Assembly: GCA_964607285.1 (NCBI GenBank)
Contig: CAZSJW010000006.1
Coordinates: 799-64,798, forward strand
DNA length: 64,000 bases
Reading direction: 5' to 3'
From: an uncultured Pseudomonadales bacterium
GTDB taxonomy: Bacteria > Patescibacteriota > Microgenomatia > UBA1400 > PJMF01
Shown here one piece after another: positions 20,534 through 28,018 of this stretch (its first letter is position 1; each line of letters opens with the position of its first letter). Under the pieces are notes generated by a model. It was given only the letters and a program-made list of their open reading frames with translations. It was not told the DNA's origin and searched no databases. The position numbers and the translations under genes were made by a program.

Positions 20534-21560
20534 CACTGTTCTGCATATTTTCTTTAGCTTCATTCATGGTATTTACAAACATACGCTTGAGGATTTGTGT
20601 AAAATCTACCCCATACATATCCAAAATTATTGAGTATGTTGCGTGTGTTTCAGCTACTGGTCCAAAAAATGGATTGCAGTTTGGATCTATGAAGTATAGC
20701 CTTCCAGCAGCATCCACCCGTACGTCAATTCGACCATAATCTGACATTTTAAGAACCGCAAATGCCTTCTTCACATACTCTTTCAGACCTGGAAAATCTA
20801 TTTTAGAATAGGAAATATTTTCCCAATGTACCCACTTTTTCTCAAAGGTCATAACATCTTCACGGGTCTGTTGCTCCGTACTTCTCTGTACTGAATATAC
20901 TTTTGTGTTACTCCCATCTAACACAGCTGCAGTGACCTCAACACCAGCAATAAACTCATCCACCAGTACAGGTTGCTTATATTTCTCGAGCAGTTGTTTG
21001 AGTTTACTCCGTAAGGCTTTTTCATTTTCACAAATGCTATCGTTGTCTATGCCTATACTGCTGTGTTCTAAATTCAGCTTTGGGAAAAGTGGGTACCGCA
21101 AGTCAGGATCAATCATCTCGGTGTGTGAAGTTACCAACTGGTGGTTTGGGATTGGGATACCATTTGACCGCATCAGTTGATACATAACGAATTTATTTGT
21201 ACCAATTGACCAACCAAGTGTACCCGCGCCTGTATACGGTATATGTAAAATTTCATACAGGCCAATAATCGAAGAGCCAAGGCTAGATTGACCACGCAAC
21301 GAGTCTACCAGGTTAAGCACTAAATCAGGTTTAAACTTTTTGAGGTTCTCTGCAATCAGTCTGTCACAGGGTAGTGTGATGACCTGAATACCCATTTTTG
21401 CAACATACCTCCCAACTGCGTTGGCATATACGTCTGCATCTTCTTCGGCCAAGTATTCTTCTTCTGTTGCAAAAAAATCTCTTAGAACGTGCGAGTACAC
21501 AATTGCAACTCGATTGGGAAGTAAAACGTCTTCAGATCTTTGCATATGATTAAAAATCAA
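20523..21560 (-). CDS. D-alanine--D-alanine ligase-family ATP-grasp enzyme, paralog 1 (intact)
   Basis: Ddl-like N-domain …LNLVDSLRGQSSLGSSIIGLYEILHIPYTGAGTLGWSIGTNKFVMYQLMRSNGIPIP… and C-terminal …YGRIDVRVDAAGRLYFIDPNCNPFFG… (compare Ddl GWGRVD…E.NT.PG). Its exact substrate cannot be assigned. Confidence 0.8.
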   Translation of the reverse strand: MIFNHMQRSEDVLLPNRVAIVYSHVLRDFFATEEEYLAEEDADVYANAVGRYVAKMGIQVITLPCDRLIAENLKKFKPDLVLNLVDSLRGQSSLGSSIIGLYEILHIPYTGAGTLGWSIGTNKFVMYQLMRSNGIPIPNHQLVTSHTEMIDPDLRYPLFPKLNLEHSSIGIDNDSICENEKALRSKLKQLLEKYKQPVLVDEFIAGVEVTAAVLDGSNTKVYSVQRSTEQQTREDVMTFEKKWVHWENISYSKIDFPGLKEYVKKAFAVLKMSDYGRIDVRVDAAGRLYFIDPNCNPFFGPVAETHATYSIILDMYGVDFTQILKRMFVNTMNEAKENMQNSAIS

Positions 21561-21566
21561 AATTGT

Positions 21567-22663
21567 CTACAGTCCCCACTCACGCATGGTATTTTGCAAC
21601 ATGCGCTTTAACAAAGTACGAAATGGCACCCCATACTTTATCATGGTTCCAACCATCTCACAATCTGCATGCGATGTGCTGAAATAACAATTTGCATTAG
21701 CGTCTATAAAAAAGTAATTTCCATCCCTATCCATCCGAATATCGAACTTTCCATAATCATCCATTTTAGTGATAACAAATGCCCGCTTTACCAAAGCATC
21801 AAGTTTAGGATCTCTATTTTTTTCATACTGTAAATACTTTTTGTATTCAGATGCCTCATACATCCAACATAAATCATAATCTAAAAACTCATGACCAGTT
21901 GGGTTATTGGGTAAGTGAATTTTTCGCTCGATTGTATAAACCTTTTTATTAAAAGACTGGAACGTAAATGCCGCAAACTCGCGACCATCTATGAACTCAG
22001 AAACAAGTACATCCTGTTCATATTTTTTAAGTAAGTATCGTAGTCTTTTTCTGAGCTGTACTTCATTCTCCACAACTGACTCTCTAGTAATTTCAATATT
22101 ACTGTGTTCCTCATTTAATTTTAAAATTAATGGAAAGTTCAACTTTGGATCCAAAGGTATCCTACTTGATGTCATGAGCTGAAATGGAGGAACAGGAACA
22201 CCATGCTGAGAAAGCAGTGCGTAGACCAAATATTTATTGCAACCTAATGAGTAACCCAGAATGTTAGCACCAGTATATGGTATCTCTAACAACTCAAGCA
22301 TAGCAGGGACAGTGGCTCCCAAGTAATCATACCCTTTTACTGTAGTGACTAAATTAATAGCCATGTCGGGCTTCTCACGCTGCAAATTTTTGCCATATCA
22401 GCATCACCCCGTATGTAGCAGACTTCAACTCCAAGTGCCTTGAGATACGGACTAAAAGCGAATGCTTCCTCGTCGGAACCTTGATTTGTAAGAAATGCTT
22501 CATCACTGTAATAGTACTCACGTTTAGCATAGGTATACAAAATAGCTACCTTATGAGGTAACTTTCCACCATTCAGATTTCTTCGGGCAATCAGGTTTCT
22601 AGTATTTGGCGAGTTTACAAGAGCATTCAATTTTGACGACTGAGTTATCACATACTGGTTCAC
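21567..22663 (-). pseudogene. Ddl-family ATP-grasp ligase, paralog 2, split by a frameshift into an N-terminal ORF (22349..22663) and a C-terminal ORF (21567..22385; true ATG probably 22362-22364)
   Basis: The N-terminal fragment (…HKVAILYTYAKREYYYSDEAFL…CYIRGDADMAKI) and the C-terminal fragment (…EKPDMAINLVTTVKGYDYLGATVPAMLELLEIPYTGANILGYSLGCNKY…YGKFDIRMDRDGNYFFIDANANCYFS…) align collinearly with paralog 1. The junction lies at an AAA/TTTT run near 22381-22390. Confidence 0.6.
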
Positions 22664-22717
22664 AATAAATATAGTGACAATGTCTGCGTATGCAAGTAGC
22701 TATTTTCCTGCCGTGGT

Positions 22718-23146
22718 TCAAACTGATTTGCTCGTTGGTTTTCTCACAACTGCGTACTTGGTGTCAGCATCGAGTAATATGGAATCTAGCGGATCTGTAT
22801 TAGCAGGATCCCAGTTGTAGTTAATGGTCACTTCTTCACCTTCAGCAATATCTTTTATTGCTCTGTATACCATGCAATGATCCTTATAGTTCAATCTGTA
22901 TAAAGCATTTGGAGTATATGAGTGGTTATATAAACTTCCATACCCCATTACGATGACATGGTGTGTGTTTGTCCACTCAAAGTAGTATCGCTCCAAGACA
23001 GTTTGAAAAAGTGCTTTCTCTTGGTTTATGGGTACTAAAACAACTGGGCATCTTTCTATAACTATCCCTTTTTTTATTGGCTGGTCTGCAATCACGCCTC
23101 TCACCCCAAGAGTCTCTGATATACCTATTTTGAGAGGAATGTTCAT
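22718..23146 (-). CDS. Minimal SET-domain protein (putative protein-lysine methyltransferase)
   Basis: 142 aa carrying the SET signatures GVRGVIA (GxG-type), NHSYTPNA (NHSCxPN) and GEEVTINY (ELxxDY). It lies 55 nt upstream of, and co-oriented with, the two Ddl-like genes. Confidence 0.85.
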   Translation of the reverse strand: MNIPLKIGISETLGVRGVIADQPIKKGIVIERCPVVLVPINQEKALFQTVLERYYFEWTNTHHVIVMGYGSLYNHSYTPNALYRLNYKDHCMVYRAIKDIAEGEEVTINYNWDPANTDPLDSILLDADTKYAVVRKPTSKSV

Positions 23147-23268
23147 ATACGCACACTATTCTATGGATGTTTACTACAGTAAATCTAACACATTTGTTGA
23201 TAGCGTACATTGGTGTATACGGAACCACTACACAACGCATTTGCGGTACAATGTTAGATGTTCTGCAT

Positions 23269-24210
23269 ATGAAACAAAAAATTCCAACCACAATTTTCTC
23301 AGGATTTTTGGGTTCTGGTAAAACGACCATTATCCTGCATCTAGTGGAAAAACTACAGGCATCAGGAAAACAAGTTGTGTATATTAAAAACGAAATAGGG
23401 GACACAGACATAGATGGCCAGATACTGCATAGTAAAAACATTAAAACGAGGGAGCTTCTAAATGGCTGCATTTGCTGCACACTAGTTGGTCCGTTCACCA
23501 CTGCACTAACAGAGGTAGTTGAGACATACCATCCTGCAAGAATTTTTATTGAGGCTTCAGGAGCTGCAGATCCTAGTGCTCTGGCTTTGATGGTGTCCTC
23601 TCATCCATTGTTACTGCGCGATGGAGTGGTGGGCATAATTGACGTGCTCAACTTCACGGGCTATGCAGATCTGACGCAAACCACAAAAAACCAAACAACT
23701 TTTATTGATCTACTCATCTTTAATAAAATCGAGCTAGCAGACTTAGCCCAAAAACGACGAGTAGTCGGGTATGTGCGTGAGCTCAACACTCACTCACCAA
23801 TAATTGAAGCACCCAACGGGCACGTTGCTCCCGAGGCAGTGCTCGGTCTTGAAAGTACTGAACTTTCAAAACTATTGCGCGAATATACACATACCAATCC
23901 TGAACATACAGATCACGTTGTTCAAGATGAACTTAGTTCTTTCACGCTTACTTTCGCAGGTACCATACAAAAGCCTCAATTACTTACTTTCTTGCAAACA
24001 CTACCCAATCCGCTGTTTCGTGCAAAAGGCATCGTGCAACTAGATACGGATGAATGGTATGTTTGCAACATGGTAGCTGGAAGAGCTGATGTACAACAGC
24101 TGGAAAACACTGATCAACCACCACAAGAAAATATCCTAATATGCATTGGCATCCATGCTGATGAGTACAAGCAAGAAGTTACTAAATTACTGCATGCAAC
24201 CCTTGCATGA
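23269..24210 (+). CDS. COG0523 (CobW/YjiA/ZigA-like) G3E-family GTPase, putative metallochaperone
   Basis: P-loop GFLGSGKTT and the metal-binding GCICC motif. The ATG at 23269 is preferred over the ORF-track start at 23167. Confidence 0.85.
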   Translation: MKQKIPTTIFSGFLGSGKTTIILHLVEKLQASGKQVVYIKNEIGDTDIDGQILHSKNIKTRELLNGCICCTLVGPFTTALTEVVETYHPARIFIEASGAADPSALALMVSSHPLLLRDGVVGIIDVLNFTGYADLTQTTKNQTTFIDLLIFNKIELADLAQKRRVVGYVRELNTHSPIIEAPNGHVAPEAVLGLESTELSKLLREYTHTNPEHTDHVVQDELSSFTLTFAGTIQKPQLLTFLQTLPNPLFRAKGIVQLDTDEWYVCNMVAGRADVQQLENTDQPPQENILICIGIHADEYKQEVTKLLHATLA

Positions 24211-24212
24211 GA

Positions 24213-24800
24213 TTACTTAGCACCCAGTAGTTGTTGCAACTCCTCTGTGCCTGACGGCTGTAGTATCATTCTCATCACTCTATTCGTTACTTCTTCGTCC
24301 CGAAAGTCGGGATCAAACACGACAGCCATAAACTCAGCAAAACTAATCTCATATACTGTAATTTTTTCACCTGCATCAAGAGAAGGAGCACAAACTTTTC
24401 TACAATCACGAGCAATAAAAAGTGATATTGTCCAGTCAATCTTAGTAAAGGGTGAAACTGCAAACCAAGGCTCTATTGTCGCTGCCTCGTACCCTGCTTC
24501 TTCTCGAAGCTCTCGCAAAGCAGTCTGTCGTGGTGTTTCACCTGCATCTACGACTCCTCCTAGTAAACTCTTGAAGGGTTTCATCCCTGGTTGTTCCTGC
24601 TCAGAGAGTAGTATCTTTCCATGCTCCGTAACCGCCAATACACCAGCTGAGTCAGCACGGACAGCTTTCTCAAAAATTGCCACCGATCCATCAAATAGCT
24701 GTTGCTCCCATTGATAAATGGAAAAAATTTTACCCGTAAAAACACAACGGGCACCATCTGGTAAAGGCTGTAGTGTGTTGTGTTTCTGACTTCTATCCAT
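24213..24800 (-). CDS. NUDIX hydrolase
   Basis: Nudix box GGVVDAGETPRQTALRELREEAG. Confidence 0.85.
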   Translation of the reverse strand: MDRSQKHNTLQPLPDGARCVFTGKIFSIYQWEQQLFDGSVAIFEKAVRADSAGVLAVTEHGKILLSEQEQPGMKPFKSLLGGVVDAGETPRQTALRELREEAGYEAATIEPWFAVSPFTKIDWTISLFIARDCRKVCAPSLDAGEKITVYEISFAEFMAVVFDPDFRDEEVTNRVMRMILQPSGTEELQQLLGAK

Positions 24801-25548
24801 GTTTGAACTCTATTTGATCTGCACGTAACCGACGAACGCCATTTTTTTGCTCCAGCTCCTCAACACAATGTGCGATTGAACCTGCGGCACGCGCCACAGC
24901 GTACAATGCATTCCCCGTGCGAGAGTCAAACCCTAGAGCTACAAGCAATGCTGCAATTGCCCCATCAATGTTGATTGGTAGTTTACGACCCGATTGCTCC
25001 TCTAAGGCTGTTTCAAGATACAGTGCGGCATCAAGTGCCTCTAGCGAAACTCCACTCCTTCGAGTCATGGCAAATAGCGTCTGCGCTCTTTCATCTGACT
25101 GCTTACCCTTTGGGTGTCCAAACCCTGGCAAGCGCTTTCCGTTTTTTCGGTATGTTGCTACTATCTCGTGAGCGGCTCGCTCAACTCCAGTGCTTGCGGT
25201 GATCAACTCCTGAAACAACTGCATAGCAGCGGTGACTGCTGCACCATGCAAAGGTCCCAAAACCAGCATACTGGTAGCAATTGCCGTAGTAATTTCAGCC
25301 CCTGAAGACACTGCAACACGTGGAGTAAAACCAGAGGCGGGTTCCAGTCCAGGATCTAATGCTGCCACTAAGATGGCATTTAATAACACCTTAGCATCTT
25401 CGCTCGGTAGTGTCCCTGTTATAGATAAAAATAAACTTGCTACAAAATCTGCCTCAGTAATCAATTTTTTTACAGAAACACCACGTACATATAGCTTGCC
25501 CTGATGCTCACCACTTATTGCTGTATGAAATGTTAAATCGCTAGACAT
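24793..25548 (-). CDS. Citrate synthase-family small protein (citryl-CoA lyase-like, about 250 aa)
   Basis: Citrate-synthase C-terminal-domain motifs LGPLHGAA and GFGHPKGK, plus a downstream Asp region; at 251 aa it resembles stand-alone citryl-CoA lyase homologs rather than a full-length citrate synthase. Confidence 0.65.
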   Translation of the reverse strand: MSSDLTFHTAISGEHQGKLYVRGVSVKKLITEADFVASLFLSITGTLPSEDAKVLLNAILVAALDPGLEPASGFTPRVAVSSGAEITTAIATSMLVLGPLHGAAVTAAMQLFQELITASTGVERAAHEIVATYRKNGKRLPGFGHPKGKQSDERAQTLFAMTRRSGVSLEALDAALYLETALEEQSGRKLPINIDGAIAALLVALGFDSRTGNALYAVARAAGSIAHCVEELEQKNGVRRLRADQIEFKHG

Positions 25549-25849
25549 GATGTACTAAAATGTATAACAAGTATACGAGCAAACAAAGAAGATCGGTAGG
25601 GGGAGAGTTACTCCATGCTCTGCTCTACAGTAGGCGATTCTGTTTCACTAGTAACTTGATCATAGTGCTCAACAGCAACAGGCTCGGTTACATATCGTCT
25701 TGTGATATCAGCTCTAGAAAAATAGATTCTCATCGAAGTATCTGCTGGTGTACGAGCAATCAATGCTGACATACTTAACCCAGTGCTTTATATGGGTTCA
25801 ATATACGACATTTTGACTAAAAACACAATGCAGCAGCGATGTGTAAGAG

Positions 25850-26191
25850 CTAAAAAGGGTATTGCCTAAACTCAACTTGTTGGCCTGCACTCGGGAGTCC
25901 TACTGACTGCAGTACGTCAGTCATCATGCCAGGTATATTCAATGTACTAAGTAGTCGCACAGAAATAGCAACCAGTATACTTGCAACTAGTGTTGCGCCA
26001 AGTAAATAACCAAGACCTTGCAAGAGTGCTGCCGCAAACAAGAATTTTAATGATGTCTTACGAGACAAATGTGCGTTTAATTGACCAAGCTGCGCTACTA
26101 GCGCATCAATACTAGCACTTGGCAACGCAGGTTCGGTCGTCTTCTCTGCAACAGGTACATTAGTAGGCTCAGGCATAAAAATAGTATGCAC
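25850..26191 (-). CDS. Hypothetical small membrane protein (two predicted TM helices)
   Basis: A hydrophilic N-terminus followed by two long hydrophobic segments (LKFLFAAALLQGLGYLLGATLVASILVAISV). Confidence 0.4.
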   Translation of the reverse strand: MHTIFMPEPTNVPVAEKTTEPALPSASIDALVAQLGQLNAHLSRKTSLKFLFAAALLQGLGYLLGATLVASILVAISVRLLSTLNIPGMMTDVLQSVGLPSAGQQVEFRQYPF

Positions 26192-26222
26192 AACTGCTGG
26201 CTCAGCTGCAAGTAATAAAAAA

Positions 26223-27110
26223 TCATAGTATTACACCCTCATCTTCATCTGCACCGAGCTCTATGACTTCACGATTAATCAGATACAAGTCTTGGTTATA
26301 CTCCCCAATACCTACATACTCAGCATCACCTCTGACTACTATTTCCATTTCCCTACAACTCCTGCAACCTGATTCTCCATGAGGACATTTAAACAAGTTT
26401 AACTTTCGAGCTAACTTTAGCTGCTTTGCCAATTTCAGAATGTGCTCGTGAGCAGCATCCAGTTCTGGCAATACCTGTGGAGATAGTTCGTCACTAAATC
26501 CTAGGTACCAATAGCTTGCACCATCAATCCTTCTGCGTTGTACATTGTGCAACAGCAGTGAGTAAATCGGCAACTGTAATGAACTCCCATCTTCTTCACG
26601 CTTGCTAGTTTTGAAATCTACAATCTTGACGCTATCAGTTTCCTCTAAATACTCCAACCAATCTATTTTTCCACACAGCATAATTTCATCCTCTTCAGAT
26701 AACCAATACTGAGGCAACTCAGCTTTCAATTTAATTGCCTTGCGCGCAACAGGTCCAGGATGAGCCATCACCCGCTGGATCATAGCCCTAGCTCGTTCTT
26801 TATACTGTTCTTCAATTGATTCAGCCGTAAAACCACCACGTTTGCCACTATATTTTTTCCAAATTCTCTCCAATTTTTCAAGTAATGGTTCTGAGAATCT
26901 TTCTTCAACTGGAAGTATGGATAGTGACTCAACAACCTCATGAACCGCAGAACCAAGCGAAAGTGGAGGGCTAACTACTTGAACTTTGTGATGTGAGTTA
27001 GCATCCTTATACACATTCTTAAGATAATATGCACGGGGACACCGCACAAACTCTGTCAAAGACGAGTGTGATACCCAAGTGGCGGAGAATTTATCTGGCA
27101 TACTGAGCAC
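26223..27110 (-). CDS. Stand-alone PD-(D/E)xK nuclease of the Cas4/AddB (RecB-like) type with a 4-Cys Fe-S signature
   Basis: N-terminal Cys in the context …FVRCPRAYYLK (compare Cas4 CPRR/KFY); motif II …CGKIDWLE; motif III …IVDFKTSK; the QhxxY motif …LQLPIYSLL; and a C-terminal cluster CPHGESGCRSC. Confidence 0.7.
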   Translation of the reverse strand: MLSMPDKFSATWVSHSSLTEFVRCPRAYYLKNVYKDANSHHKVQVVSPPLSLGSAVHEVVESLSILPVEERFSEPLLEKLERIWKKYSGKRGGFTAESIEEQYKERARAMIQRVMAHPGPVARKAIKLKAELPQYWLSEEDEIMLCGKIDWLEYLEETDSVKIVDFKTSKREEDGSSLQLPIYSLLLHNVQRRRIDGASYWYLGFSDELSPQVLPELDAAHEHILKLAKQLKLARKLNLFKCPHGESGCRSCREMEIVVRGDAEYVGIGEYNQDLYLINREVIELGADEDEGVIL

Positions 27111-27135
27111 AGTATACTGGCTACATTCAGATTTG

Positions 27136-27912
27136 TCAGGGTGATTCTATAGTGTTCGGTTGGAAACCCTTCTGGAAGTCAAAGACTCCTTCAGTGACCC
27201 TGCCTTGTGAGAAATCTACATCTACCACATAAGGATTTCTTAAATTTCCGAGCAACCCCGTAACCTGTTGCTCGCTTTTAGGCAACGTAAAAGCCACATA
27301 CACTACAGCGGACTCACCAGGCAGCAGTAGCTTTTCACCTTGTATGATTGGTGGAAAATCCTGGCTTTGACGTCGCACATTCACATACTCTCCCACAAGC
27401 ACACTACGTGCTTCACCAAAGGTTCGGTTGTCTGTAGTTTTTACAACAAACACTACTACCTGCTCATTCGGCTGCAACTCTGGGAAAAGACCTGATGCTG
27501 GTTGAGAAATGAGATACACCTCTCTTGCATCATATTTGACTTCTAAGTCCTCCCATTGGACATCAATATCTGCAACTGTAGCTGAAGTAGTTGCAGCTGA
27601 ATCAATGCTGGGACTCACTTCAGGAAGGGTATCTATGTACTGTTGCTCAGTAGTTGTGACTTCATTGTCTCCTGACAAAAAAGGATCCTGCATTGGTTGA
27701 ATTGGTGGTGCTACAAGTCTATTCAAGCCAATACCCACACTGATCAACAATGCCCCAACGAGAATTGCAAACAGTACCTTCCTCGATACAATAAAGGTCA
27801 TGAAGTTCTGCTTGCTGATCTTCAATTCTACTGAATCTTCGTTCTCGGTTTCTTGACCTAATTCAGGAGGCACAATAACCTCACGAGAAGTATGTTCGTT
27901 TTTTTGTGTCAT
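27136..27912 (-). CDS. Hypothetical membrane-anchored protein (single N-terminal TM, extracytoplasmic beta-rich domain)
   Basis: An acidic N-terminus, the TM helix VLFAILVGALLISVGIGL, then a 190-aa domain with no recognised motifs. Confidence 0.45.
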   Translation of the reverse strand: MTQKNEHTSREVIVPPELGQETENEDSVELKISKQNFMTFIVSRKVLFAILVGALLISVGIGLNRLVAPPIQPMQDPFLSGDNEVTTTEQQYIDTLPEVSPSIDSAATTSATVADIDVQWEDLEVKYDAREVYLISQPASGLFPELQPNEQVVVFVVKTTDNRTFGEARSVLVGEYVNVRRQSQDFPPIIQGEKLLLPGESAVVYVAFTLPKSEQQVTGLLGNLRNPYVVDVDFSQGRVTEGVFDFQKGFQPNTIESP

Positions 27913-28018
27913 ACGCGCATACTCACTGTACCATAAGTGGTATTTGAACTAAAAGCCTATGTTCAAGTGTAAAGCTCAGTGAAGCTTCTCCACAAGACAA
28001 CAAATCTCTGATATTCTG

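Noticed and set aside
22977-23501. 174-aa minus-strand ORF overlapping the SET gene and the COG0523 start
   Set aside because: It overlaps two well-supported genes on both strands and is Cys-rich and low-complexity, so it is a likely shadow ORF.
25850-27912. CRISPR array or cas operon near the Cas4-like nuclease
   Set aside because: No regularly spaced direct repeats are visible within several kb on either side, and no Cas1, Cas2 or effector-like ORFs. It is treated as a solo nuclease.
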